A stretch of DNA of 63,527 bases, counting the filler, from Choristocarpus tenellus KU-1152 (Eukaryota; Protista; Phaeophyceae): the NCBI GenBank assembly GCA_964200185.2. It is 10 parts of 10 records of this genome, joined end to end, with 100 filler letters (N's around TTAATTAATTAA, not from the genome) between each part and the next. Parts side by side here need not be neighbours in the genome. Positions count along the whole stretch, not along the records: positions 46,068 to 52,000 come from CAXNAD020009377.1; positions 52,101 to 60,678 come from CAXNAD020004569.1; positions 60,779 to 63,527 come from CAXNAD020025070.1; 7 more parts are not named here. One strand, given 5' to 3'. Position 1 is the first letter of the stretch. Each line of letters starts with the position of its first letter. The translations under genes were made by a program, and so were the position numbers. Of this stretch, positions 47,852 to 61,249 are shown one piece after another. The notes beneath the pieces were generated by a model. The model made no database searches and was not told the DNA's origin. It saw nothing but the letters and a program-made list of their open reading frames with translations.

Positions 47852-50800
47852 ATGCCAGCTCGACAGAGGCGGCCGCATGGCTCTCAAGAGTCAATAGTAG
47901 AGGTCAGTGGAGGTCGCCACGCGACAGAGCAGCTTCAGTCGCGGCCTGCAGCTGAAATTAGCCGAGGATATCCGAATCAAGCGTCGGAAAGCATATCTGG
48001 GTCATCTCCTGCCCATTCGGTTCCAGTATCTGTTCCTGCCGAGAGTCTGTCGAGTCCGGATCTGGTTGAGCAGCACACAAATTCAGATCAAAATAACAAT
48101 GGAATGATGATTAACAGATTGCACAAGGCAAGTGTGGTCGGAGATTTGGGGGCAATAAGCAGGTTCATCAAGGACGGTGGTGATCTCGAGGCGCAGAGCT
48201 TTTGCGGGTGAGAGACGAGTGGTTGCTTGTGTCTGTTACTATATCCTCAGGTGTTGTGTAAATGCAGCTGTCACTTGTTGATGTACCGTCGACACCAGTA
48301 ATCTATCCGCCGGTTCGCATAGATTTCACCGCGTATCTGGTGTGAGTTGAAGCGGCCCTGTAACAATGGCATAAACGCTGGACGCATGGTCCAATTCTCA
48401 TAGAACAAATCATTGAATAGATATGGACTGCTTGTCAAACGATGGCCAGCTTAGCTGCATTGGGAAGACCCCGCATTTGTTCGATGAAAGAAGGGGTGGT
48501 GGGTGGGCATAACATGTGGTCACAGTTTATTTCATGTTGCGTTTATCATGACCGCTTGATTCCCGAACATTCGCCACTATAAGATAACAGTCAGAGGAAA
48601 CTGCATGAGAGAGTTCACTCCTCTCTCGGGTTAACTCGAGAGTTACTGCATATTGATGCATCCTTCACATCTTTCCACCCATTCCATCTGTGGTACAACA
48701 GATCGCCAGTCTATTTCTCTGCGCTAACAAATACATTATTCTACTCTCGCCTCCCCCTGAAACGTTCCCAGGCGGACAGCGCTTCATTACGCGGCGTTCT
48801 ATGGACACGCGGATGTAGCACGAGCACTGGTCCTTGCTGGTGCGAACGTGTGCTCGAGGGGAGGAGGAAACTCCACAGTAAGGACTCGCGTGCAATACCA
48901 GAAGCAGGGCAAAACCCTTGACTTCACTTAAGACTAATCCCCAAATTTGACTTGAAACACTGCGGTAACATGTCGTCCGTGTATCTTTCCCTTGCTGTCT
49001 CACATCCCGATACCGTGATTTAGGGACGTTAACTGGTCCCCACAATTGACATTTCAAGGCAAGCGCCAACTGCCTATTTTATTCTTTCTTATTAATTACG
49101 TTGTACAGACACAGCTCAGTTCAGAATACGGTACTACTTTGTGCTTCTTAAAGTGGCGGATGAAAAGAGCTAGTCACTACCACTTTTCGCAATGGGCTCA
49201 CACACACTGTACACTCGGGAAACTTTTATTTTGCCACTTTCTAACACAGCCGCTACATTTTGCTGCCTGGGGTGGGAACAAGCGCGTGGTACGGCTGCTG
49301 CTGGAATATGGGGCTGACGTCTCAGCAGTAGACACAGAGGGAAATGCTCCTGAGGTGTGTATTCTGGTGGGGGGAGGGATATAGGAGGGCAGGACCGCCT
49401 TGGTGAAAGAGGGTCTTGTTGAGTGCAATCGGAGATGTGTTTTAAGATGTGGGAATGGCAGTGAAGGATGTTCTGTAGTAGTAGTGTTTCTCAGCTTAGT
49501 GACCCGCCTACCGACTCCGAGATGCATGTTATGTAAGAACTCGCACACTGTAGTGTGGTCTGCAGTTGAATGTTATTTGATGATGGCTCTTTGTCACTTC
49601 AACACCTACCTGTTCAAGTTGTAAGTAACCCCTTGTTCCTACCCTCGTCTACGTTTCAATATAGTTCCATCTTTCTTCCATGTACCTTGTGACATAGCTC
49701 GATCTTTGTAGGAATACCTCCAGTACAGCTGTCTGTTTCCCTCAAGCTTGGGGTGTATGTAGGGTTTGCATGTCAAGAGTGCTACCTACGCACGGCAGTG
49801 AATATGCTGAGGTTTTGTATGCGGGATGAGAAGGCGCCGTGTGGGTTCCACAGTCCAAGAGTTGTCTTGTGTGTAGACGTTTTGTTAGATGTAGATATCA
49901 ATGTGTGTGTAAGTAGGAAGGCGAAAGTTCAAGTTTGCGTCTTCAGAGGAGGAAACCAAGAACACCTGAGTGGTTAATGCGCTTAACTTTTAGTTCGTTG
50001 GTACTTTTGAATCGGTCAAGAGAGCTGTGTATCCGTCGTTGTAATATTTGGTTCGCTCAGGACAAACTATAGAGGAAACAACTTACGGTGTACCCCTTTG
50101 TTGTCTATACCTTTTTGCTGTACCTTTTTGCTGTGAGTACCTTTTGTTGTCTTTGCCTACTGTAAAACGAAGATGAAAGGTGCAAAGGCTAGGATTGTTC
50201 TAATCAATTAATGTAGATATTTATCAACTAGTAACTGGGACAATGGGAGAGTTGTGGACTACCTACCCTCCCCAGGTGTTGCTTTAAAAAAAAAAGTTTG
50301 GTGCCTATCACCTCTTTACCAAATGAGAGAGTAATTGGGGGCTGAAAGGGCTGAGCGGCATAGTCGATGATTGTGGATGGTTAGTGTTGTATGGAGCCCT
50401 GTCCTCAGTTTGTACATAGTTAGTCGATGGAAAGGTGATACGTGTCACTCTTCACCAGTGGAGTGAGTGGGGTGGGGCTCCTAGTTTTTCTACGTAGAAC
50501 TCATGTCTGCCAAGGTGCCATGTGTATAATTGTTATAATTGTCAGTAGAATGGTATGAGTAACTAACTAGTGTGGAGGAAAGCAGTGATGGTATGGAGTA
50601 TTGGACACACACTGTCAGTGGTATATATGTGAATATTGAGGGTATACCTTACATCAGCATACTGATCTGTCTATCTGGTGACCCTCCCAATGTCTGGGTT
50701 TGTGAAAATCCTTGATTTGGCCTGAAATTGGTTGCCCCAACAGTTTTTTGGGTATATTTTGTTGTATGATATGCGATGCATTTTATAGCCCTCGGGTTGG

Positions 50801-51359
50801 TGTGTACCCTACTTTGATAGCCTAGATGGGTAAGGTGTTGAGGAACATGGACTAAGTGCACAAGAGGGGTGTTACCACTGTTGACTGATGTCGTGAAGAA
50901 TGAGCACGGCAAAAACATGGTGATTTTGAATTGATGGGGTGTTCCGTTGGTGACCTTGTACTGGGGTATAAAAAGGAGTACAATCTGAGGCGTTATTACT
51001 TGATGGTGTACTTGATTAACATGCCTTTTTCAAAAAAAAAATGAGGGAAGATGAGGATCCCCGTGTACTATTGTGCCATCCAATAGTGGTGTTGAGACTC
51101 AGGAAGATACTCCCAAATTTTTTTTAAGACAAGTCATTTTTGTATTTGCTCTCCGAGGTATGTGAAGGATTGTCAAAATCTGCCATGTTTTTGCGATTTT
51201 TTTTAGGGATGAGTTCTACCGGTTTTTATTTCCGAAACATTCTCAGTTGATGTTTTATTCCTTGTGATACTGCAGTTTTCTAGCCTCAAATGTTGTACAG
51301 GCGGTAGTGCGTGCCTCCGGAGGCACATCTGCATTCTTACAGAGTCTTCTTGCGAAAGA
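47852..51359 (+). CDS. Ankyrin-repeat protein, 5' part; exons 47852-48207, 49109/49115-49130 (micro-exon), 49250-49354, probably 51301-51359
   Basis: NRLHKASVVGDLGAISRFIKDGGDLEAQ and T|PLHFAAWGGNKRVVRLLLEYGADVSAVDTEGNAP match the ankyrin consensus. The last exon is tentative. Confidence 0.8.
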
Positions 51360-51551
51360 GTGTCATTGGCATGTTTTTGGGGGTTTTTCAAGTTCAAGAA
51401 AGAGTATCGCCGGAGATCTGTTTTGTCTGGGCAGTATTGGTTACATTTGTGCTGTATGTAATTTTTTTTGTAGAACCCCATCCGCAAGGCAGATTTTTAT
51501 TTGTTGATAGGATGCGGTTGATGCCAATGATAGTAATCCCTCACATATTGT

Positions 51552-51585
<34 letters not shown>

Positions 51586-51963
51586 TTGAGTAGTGTTATG
51601 GAGATGTATTAGAGTGGCTTGTGCAATATTTATTTGTTTTTGTGTAAGTGGGTGCCAGATGTGGCAGTTGTTCAGGAGCATGTTTACAATGTGTTGTGAT
51701 TATTAGTGTCTATAGTTTTGTTCTTTATTTATTTATTTATCCAGACCTGTGCTGCTGCGGTGTCGATTGAAGTGTCAGGCAGTTTTTTATTTTATGTTCA
51801 TCTGCTGCGTATATACACATCATATACATCCAAGAATTGCCAACGACAGGATGAGCTAGTTAATACACGGCCATGCGATCATCACTTCAAGGCGTAACAC
51901 TGCTACAAATTCAATCTTGCAGTGGTGGCAAGAGATTCCCCCCCCCCCCCCCCCCCCCCCCCC

Positions 51964-52000
<37 letters not shown>

Positions 52001-52100
52001 NNNNNNNNNNNNNNNNNNNNNNNNNNNNNNNNNNNNNNNNNNNNTTAATTAATTAANNNNNNNNNNNNNNNNNNNNNNNNNNNNNNNNNNNNNNNNNNNN
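52001..52100. other. Artificial contig linker
   Basis: N44-TTAATTAATTAA-N44. Confidence 0.98.
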
Positions 52101-53474
52101 CCTTCGGGAGGGCAAAGGGAACAGGAGGGGGGGAGGGAAGGGGGGGGGGGGGATGGAGTAAAATGTTGTGACATATGGCATTCAAGCACTTGTGTGATCT
52201 TGGTTAGTACAACAAAGTGTACCAAGAGTATACGGGTAAGGTAAGTTGCACGGTACCCTGTGTGACAGTAGTGAAACATTAGAAAAGCATTTTTCGGAAT
52301 CGTGGTTTGATTGATCAAGTTGGAACCCCATGATTCATTATTGCGAGAGGATGTGTGGCAATGTCCTGTCGGCCCCCCTTGCATAGGTCGCTGCTCACTA
52401 CTCTACGAAGAGTGGTAGAACAAAAGGAAACAGTCTCTTTGGGCATCAGCTTAATCAACACATGAGAACACGGCATTTTGAAGTCCTGGTTCTTCAAAAA
52501 CAACTATGTGGACGGAAGAGTAGAAATAATGTGTGGGGTCAAGATCAGCCATGATTTTCTAATATATGTGGATACCTGCCTGTACGTTCATGCCTCCTAC
52601 CATATATACCTAGAGGGTGTAAGACCTCATACATTAGCTTAGTCGACAGGGTGGTATTAGGGTGGTGAAGGAAACGATGGTGTCAAAGATCACAATGCAA
52701 CATAAAAAACAACGTAACATTACACTGTTGGTTTGGTAGTCCCACATCCATCGCCCATCATAACGTCTCACCAACCTTTTGGTTTCCTTTCCTTTTCAAC
52801 GTGACAAGAACCAACATGTGCTCAATTTTTCAATTTCCACCACCAATCTCACCCCAAACACTTCCCACACTGCTTACATACAGCATTGTAACAATTATTC
52901 TAAGAATGGTTGATTCATGGAAATCACTCACATACCAGACTAGTTCGTAAAAAAAATGAAAACATCTTCCCACCCACACACCACAAAGATTGGGGCCAAC
53001 GAAAAGAGATGATAAAATCACTGAAATTTCCGGTCATTGTGCTTCAAACTGCCTACATAAAGTACAAAAACCTCTCATCAGCAAAAGTGAGAGGAATGGT
53101 GCTGCGAAAACTTCTCTAACTCGGTAAAACAGCCAGGAAAACATCCCAATAGTCAAACATATACAAATATCCCAGCTCAGAAAAAAGGGTTTATACCAGC
53201 TGCACATCAGCCGCATAGTTTATACCACCATACCGACCCACCAAACCCCCAATATGTAGCCAGAAATTTGTCCTCGGAATCGGCGGCACTTGACAGATCG
53301 ACCATACTTAACTCATTCTTGTATGCTCTTAGTTTGTGCAGACAACCCCCCTCCCTAACGGTGTATCTCAAACATTTTGTGCTGTCCATTCACCAAATAG
53401 CATCTCTTCTTGAAACCTTCAAAACATTAAACATAAAAACACCACATAAATGCCCAAATCATGTTCCAACCCAC

Positions 53475-56400
53475 CTTCCGCTTGACCTGCCCCCCTCCAT
53501 TAACACACCCTGACGGGCACGCCATGACCTCTATGAAGTGATACGGACACCTTCCTTTTTTTGCCTTGGCAAGCACAGACTGGATGTTACGAAAACCATA
53601 CGCACATGCAAAACGCAGCACCACCTTACCATCAACCTGCACATCGACCATCATCACAGGCATTAACAAGCAGAGCAGACAACAGGGTGTAGAACCATGC
53701 ACAAGACAGTTATTTCCTTTGCAGGTGCAAAAAACTGAAAAAAGGATGGAGAGGGAGTGGGGGCCGGTCATGCAAATGAAACTAAACCCTTACCTTTCAC
53801 TGCGGCTAAACCTCAGAGAAGAATTACTACTCATACTACATATAAACAGCAGTTTCATTTTACAGCACAAAAAAGGTTTCATAAAGTAGGGGATGCAGCA
53901 TTCTCTCTTACTCCCACAAATATTCCTCCCGTTACGTGTTTGTACCTGCACTTTTAAAAGCATGAGAGGGAAACATAATCTCTTCCCTGTGGACCTGAAA
54001 TACACATCCAAGACATAATTCGATTTTGATCTTGCAGAGGCTATGGTCCAATTCTAATCCTAACCCTAAAAGTCAAACAAGAGGAGAACTATTTCACACT
54101 AATACATTATTAGTACTCAACTTGACTTCAAAAAAATACATACCTGGGGTACACCACTTCTTCAAATGCACTACCATTAGACCTCCCAATAGAAGTCTCT
54201 CCCTAGCAACAACACACACGCCTAAAATCAAATCAAACTAATATTCTACTACTCCAACCACACCCTCCAACAGCATCAACCCCCTACCTCCATCCCCCCC
54301 CTCCCCTCCCCTGAACAACCACAGCATCACCTCTAGGCTAGTCTCTCGGAAATCCGCATTCCGTCCCACCACATACTCCAGGGGCTTGCAACCAAGATCA
54401 ACACCAAACAAACGTTTAGCTGCATCACGGAAGACATACTCTAAGTATCCTCCCGACCCCCATGTATAACCCACACCCGCCTGTCCCTTCCTCTCCACCT
54501 TCCCCCGCCCCCCTCCCACCCCATCAGGATAGGATCCCATGCTCAACGCTGCATCCACAGTGCCTTCCCCAGCACTTCCTGGGAACCCTCCCATCCCAAC
54601 TAGCAGTGGAACCCCCAATACAAAACCTTGCGCCACAGAGCACCCTAGGGCCGATGGGACAAGTGACCGAAAGTATGCCTTGGCAGTGATTTCATCGTCA
54701 TTCAGAGGCACCAAACCAGGAGGAGCAAGAGCAGCTGTGGCAGAGACAGTCGCAGGGGAAGAACTGGAAGACCCAGGGTGGTTTGGAGCAGGGGCAGGAG
54801 CAGGGGAAGGGGGAGGTGAATGTGCCATAGCAGGTTCAGCTGCAGTGACTGTTGCAGCAACATTATATTTCCCTGGGAGGGAGTTGTACTTTGTCGTTGA
54901 GTGCTGGCGAAACAAGTCCAGGACCTCTGTTGTTGTTAGAACCAGATCCACCTCAGAGGCATTCTCTTTCTGGTGAAAAAAGTCCTGCAGGGTCAGGTTC
55001 AGGGTAAGGTTACTTCAAAAGGACTACAATAGGATTGGGTGTGGGGGGATGGGTGGGATTGGATTGGGGGAGATTGTACTATACTTCAAAGCATTTGGTA
55101 CTGCAGTTCTACTTCAAAGTACTTGGTACTGTAGCACATTGGAGTACTAAGTACTTCACTGAATTCTATTATTGTACAGGGTCTGCTGTAGTGAAGCTAC
55201 CAACTCTAACCCTAACTCCTAACACATGCAACCCCAAAATTACTCACTTCACCCCCCGTCCCCCAGGAAAAAAGGCAAAAACAAAGCTTGGTTCTTGACC
55301 CCAACTCAAGTTTCTAAAAAACGTGGCCCTAATGAACAGCCCCAACTCTAGTGCCCCAGTAGAAAGCACCAATAGCTACATCCAATATATAGGCTATTCA
55401 TTGTCATTCTCAATAATATTAGTATTCTTAAGACTGACATTATCATCATCACTAGTAATAGTAACTTCCACTCTACCCCAGTCCAAATTACAAAAAGCAA
55501 AATCCTCTCAAGCTCCAAACCCAGACCCAACAAAAATAAATTTCTCACATGCAAAACACTGTACTAGGAGCTACTGTACTGGAGTATTAAAATACATTTA
55601 ACCCAAGGTACCAAATTTTAAATTGTCAGAGTCAATGGTACAGTGAAAGAAACCAGGGTGTTTCACAGGGGTGGCAAATTAAAATGGTCCCATCCACCAG
55701 CTAGTCCGGTCCCATAATCATCTGACATGTCCCAGTCCATGTCCGCCGGTCAGACTGGATCTATCATTCTCAAGCATGTCCGGACAATGCCCATTGGATA
55801 TTGTAACAGTCCATGTCCACCACCTGGACCGGGTCCACAAGGTATTGTACCGGTTTGTGCCCATCAGCTGGACCGAATCTAACATTCTCTGACACATCCG
55901 GATAATGTCCACTACGTGTTGCGCTGGTCTGTCTAATTCATTTGACCACTCCATCCACATAAAAAAAAGTAGTGTACAAATTGTCTGAGGCTGAGTTGCA
56001 TGTGCACAGAGATAGTAGTACTTATTCTAATCATCTCTGAACTATCTGTTTCAACACAACCATACACAACGAGGATGTCAGGAGACATGCCTGTGTGGAA
56101 ATCATTCAATAATTACGATCTACACATTTGACAAAATATTGTTACTAGATTCTGATCGTCTAAAATCGTAAATTGAAAATGATAAATAAAAATATTAGAT
56201 ACAATTTGAATAGAAGACAAATAACTAATACACGATATAATTAGCATTATTACTATTGAAGTATTTACAGTGGAAGTACAGGATACAATATACAATAGGA
56301 CAGAAGGTTCTTGTGATATTCAGACCAATAGGATAGTCTTATATGAGTCATCAAACTAAAAAATAGTCTCATATCTCACATCCATCTAACAGGACAGCTT

Positions 56401-59400
56401 AAACCATCACATAAATTCAATATGATAGGCTCACTTGTCACACTCAGATCAATAGCATGGACTTATCTGTCGCATCCAGTAATACTCAATAGGACAGCTG
56501 CACCTATCAAATCTAGCCAACAGGATATCCTAAACTCTCACATCCAGTCAACAAATCAGTCCTATCCATCACACTTTGCCCAATCAAATAGTCTCATCTT
56601 TCACACCCAGCCAATCCAAAACACACTCCACCTTTTACAGTTCCAACATTATACTGCACCTATTTTAAATTTATTTAACAAGGCAAAGCCATTCTTCATA
56701 CCTTTCTAGACGCCTCTAGCTTCTTATCAAAGCACTGCATGACGGATATGTGCAATACCTCCTCAGCACTCACCCCCCAAGCACCTGGAAAAACACCCTT
56801 CACCAACGAACCCATCACCTGTACAGTCACATCACTCCCCCAAGAAAAAATACACACACACACACACAAAGGTGACAGGGGTATAGAAAACGCCATGCAG
56901 GTTTTACAAGGTGGGTACGGAGATTAGTCAACACCATTTTCGAAAAATTAACTAGACAATATTCGCTATCAACAACAAACAGCACTAGGCAGGCAACACC
57001 CTCCTTATCACATACCACCCAACAGCACAAGCACAGGGGCACAACACTAGTAGCAAGGGCAAACTGAAACATAAACCTTCTTTTGTACCAGCCTGATACC
57101 AACAGCTAGCCCATACAGTGAGAGTAGTCTCGTGAACAAGAACTACAGAAATAAAATTCTACTACATTAAAAGCAGTGTTGATTGTGACAGTTACAACTA
57201 CTGTTAGTCCGTAGTATTAATAGTATTCCCTAACAATAATAAAACCATAAAGGTTTCGTTAAAATTAATCGTTAAAACTAAAAACGTGATAATACGTTTT
57301 CGAATATCGGCCGTGAAAAACCTACTACGAATACTGCCTTAATATATCAGGTATAGCCCGCACAAAGCAAAGGTAATCCCAAAATAGGTACAGCTTAACT
57401 TTTTCCCTGAAGTACGTAGTTGACAGTATAATCTCAAACAAGAAAATTTAGGGCATAGAACTACAGTACCTTCGTAATGATAATAGTAAAAATAAGAATA
57501 AATAATAACAGCTTAATGTCGCCAATCCCTAGGTCTCTGCATCACAGGAACAAAGTCAACCTATGTTAAATACTTCTATACATAAAACACACACACACAC
57601 ACATACAGACATACAGACGCACTCACCTGTTGGGCAGACTTAACAGAGCTCACGTAAGGCAGGGCTTCTGGAGATGCCTTTTCAGCATAGCAAACCCAGC
57701 CAGGGCACTCTGACGTCAGCACCGGTAGAGGGCCACTCCCAACACTGCACCCACTTGCCCACTTCTCCGCCGCCTCTGCTGCTACTGCCCCTGCCATTCC
57801 CCCTGCCCCATCCATGGCAACTGTGACACCAAACCACATTTTTTTATTTGGGAGAAAAGTGCTTGAAATCAACAATTGTATATTATTACACATTTTTTAT
57901 TTGGGATTGAAACGCCTCCCGTTGAATCAATGTAAGATACATACACAAAATGCAGTATTTTTACTTACATATTCTAGCGGCAAAAATGTGCTTGTCCAAC
58001 CATGTTACTCATTATCACCGTTAGTGCAACTGTATATTTTTTGTTTACATTTTTGTTCTTGTTTTAGTTTTCATTTGGGGGGGGGGAAGAGGAAGGAAGA
58101 GACTGGGTACCTTCATGTACTGCTACAAATGCTCCCTAAAAAAAAAAATTACACATCACGGGAGCAAAAGAGTGAAGCAACCGCAAAAATAAATATAACT
58201 TTGAAAAAAAGAAAAAAAAAGATGTGTACTGTGTACTTTCAATTTATGTTGTTACAAAAAAGATGTCACCGACCGTCCCATAACAACAAGGTTCTGCTTG
58301 ACATAATTATCTCCAAGGTGAGCCACCCCAACTAAAAACACCACACAGTACAGTACTTCCAATAGCATCTAGCCCATCGGTGCCTTCGAGGTATAAATTC
58401 AACACTTCGCCCAAAGTGGCGCCAAATTATCAAGGAACTCCCATCAAACACCGAAGTGGATCATTAACGCACACCATCCTTAGTGTGTACATTTCACACA
58501 ATCAAAAATGCCAATTTCACAAAAAAAAAATGTCAATGAAAAATAATACTTTGTCTCTCAAGTCCTGGCCTGTTGGGGGAGGGGGGAGAAAAAAAAAATT
58601 AAAAGGTACAAAACATACACTAGCACTCGCCAGTTATTCACACACTGGACGCTAAAACCATCACTGGAGGGCTCCTGTGTGCAAACCAAAAGCAAAAAAC
58701 GTCAAAAAATAATAATAATAAAATATGGCGTAGTCCAATAGCCAGTGTTGAAAATCGCAAAACTATATACTAAAACAGCCAGTCGCTCCGGGAAAAGGGT
58801 TAAAGCCTTCCCAACAAAGTATTTTCCTCATTTCTGCAGCTTACGCAACAACAACAAAATAAGAACAGTACGGTCCTTTTGAAAGGGGAAAAAAAAAAAC
58901 TAATGCTAAGGGGGAAAAAAAAAAGTTCTTGCGTAGAGGAAGGGCTACCGAGTTAGAGACATATATTTTTTTTAATATCAACTACATACTACAGGGGTTT
59001 TTTTTCACAAGGCCCACCTCCTGCCACCGGCACCGGCTCTTCCTGGTTCGTTTCCACATTGAACTGACGGTCAGACGACACTGCAACTGAGGTGGGAGGG
59101 GGGGACCAACATGGAGGCGTTGGCTTGCGGAACCTGAGAAGGGTAGGGATGGGGAAATATACTTTATGTGAGGGGGGCGAACAAACTCCTATACAGATGT
59201 TATTTAGGTCATGGGGGTTTGGGGGACCGGGGGAGATGTAGATTATACATTTGACTCCCTTGCCACATCATCACAGTAAGGTTGCCTCACATGTTTGCAT
59301 CGAGCCATGAGACATGGAATGACTTGACTGAATGGTAGGCAAAGTGGACCTATCACAATATTGCTACATTTGTAACTTGAAACCAACTTGAAACCATGTC

Positions 59401-59974
59401 AATGGCACACAGTCACAACAAATCTTGGAATGCTTGATCTCCTCTCCAGGACCCCATGAACCACAACATGATACCCAATCTCCACACCCACTCTCCACTC
59501 AGCTCCCTCCTATTTTCATCCACAAGTACAAGTACAGAACCAGTCCCAATCCCAATCTCAATCCCAGCTCCAGCTCCAGCTCCAGCTCCAGCTCCAGTCC
59601 AGGTGCAAGTATCCAATCCCAATCATAATTCTGCTACAAGTATTTATCCATTCTTGGAGAAAATAAAACTACATACACACTTGCAAATACAAGTGTGTTC
59701 AATTACCGTAAATATACTGTTCATGATTATATTATATTATATTATATTCACAGTACCAGTCCTAACCTGAGCCCCCAGTCCGGTCCGGAAACCAGACCAG
59801 CAGTTGCTTGGGGTCCAAAGCCAAGGAACCAATAAAAAAACTCAATAGTATATACTAAAGCGCATGCCTTACCTCTCTACAAACTCCTCGGCTGCCTCCG
59901 CCAGAGATAGTCCTGCAGCCCAATCAAGGTCCAAGAGGTGGTGCACACCCAGGGTGCGGAAAAACGTCAATAAC
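53475..59974 (-). CDS. NAR1: Cytosolic Fe-S cluster assembly factor NAR1/NARFL/CIAO3 ([FeFe]-hydrogenase-like), partial; exons 59873-59974, 59018-59133, 57627-57820, 56702-56818, 54331-54984, 53475-53636
   Basis: Motifs [69 protein letters not shown] and [19 protein letters not shown]; six phase-consistent GT-AG exons. Confidence 0.93.
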
Positions 59975-60299
59975 CTTCATTCATGTGGAACAAGTCATTG
60001 AGTGCAATTAAAGCGAGGGGTGGGGGGGGGGAGGGCCAGTATTGAGACAGAGTTAGGAAGGCCAGGGGACTGGCAAGGATAAGGGTGGTTGTAGAGCTGG
60101 AGGTAGGGGAGTGGAGTAGGTCGAGTTACTTTGTCATTGCACCATGGGGTACCATCTTGCAAAAAGACAAAGTACACCCTTGCTGCAGTAGGCAACTGTG
60201 CCAAACACTTTTCAAGAGTAGGGTTAGGTAGTACAACATCTCTGGGGAAACAGCAAAAAGTTCTTTTTTGTACAAATTTTACATGCACACTGTGAGACA

Positions 60300-60332
60300 A
60301 GGGTTAGGGTTAGGTTTAGGGTTAGGGTTAGG
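60300..60332. repeat. Interstitial telomere-like (TTAGGG)n
   Basis: About 5 units, one variant. Confidence 0.85.
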
Positions 60333-60678
60333 CACACTGAACTTCGAAGAGCAAAATATGACAAAAACAAAAACAAAAAAAAAGGTATCAGTTTCGTATC
60401 ATAGGACCCGTAACAGCTTTGTCTTACAAGTGCACAAATGAAGAGTAAGAAAAGAGGACTGTCAACTCAAAACTGCATAGAACAGTGCACGAGCATTGAA
60501 CCTCACTTTTGGTTTTCTTACAAATATTTCCCGTGGATAACTCAAGAGACAAATCATCCTTCAAGGAAATACCCCACCCTAATGCACTACCCTAAACACA
60601 ATTAAGCACAACCGATGTGCCCCGCCACCCCCCCCCCCCCCCCACCCCCCCGCCCACCTCCTCCCCCCCCCCCCTCTC

Positions 60679-60778
60679 NNNNNNNNNNNNNNNNNNNNNN
60701 NNNNNNNNNNNNNNNNNNNNNNTTAATTAATTAANNNNNNNNNNNNNNNNNNNNNNNNNNNNNNNNNNNNNNNNNNNN
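60679..60778. other. Artificial contig linker
   Basis: N44-TTAATTAATTAA-N44. Confidence 0.98.
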
Positions 60779-60850
60779 GTCTTGCCCGGTGATTCTCTTC
60801 GCCACCCTTGCCTGAGTGAACCACGCCGCCACAGAATCACACGATTCACA
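60779..60850. mobile_element. Terminus of a young multicopy element, probably an LTR end
   Basis: 60786-60850 is identical to 35175-35239. Confidence 0.65.
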
Positions 60851-61249
60851 ATTGATGATAAATGTTGTGATGGTAATTCTGGAAATGAGTAAAACGAACC
60901 TCCATAATGAACTACCAATTTACTATGTTGTGGAGATTGTATCTCTGATGTCTACCTTGTATTGTATTTCATAACTAGGGTCTTGTCCGTATTTCTCTTC
61001 ATAACTCTTGCAAAGTGTCAGTCGGTTCAAGTCAAGCAAATCGGACTGTGAGTGTAGTATGTGTAATTTTTTGATGGGAGAATCTCCGTTTTACAAGACA
61101 TACTACGCAATATGTCAGGTTTTTTCGAAATGCTAATATGCATTGGGAAGGGAGAAGGAACAACAAGGAAGGCAGGGAATACAACTGAGAGTAGAATTTT
61201 GTTCGCAGTGACATTTTCCAGATGCAATAATAATAGGGGGAGAACAAAA

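Noticed and set aside
53475-59974. True [FeFe]-hydrogenase (HydA)
   Set aside because: The first motif is TSECPGW, lacking the extra Cys of TSCCPxW, and [20 protein letters not shown] and CPSGCxNGGGQ are Nar1/CIAO3 signatures.
8695-59974. Functional gene cluster linking makorin, thioesterase, ARPC5, ABCC, ankyrin and NAR1
   Set aside because: The genes lie mostly on separate concatenated contigs and have unrelated housekeeping functions.
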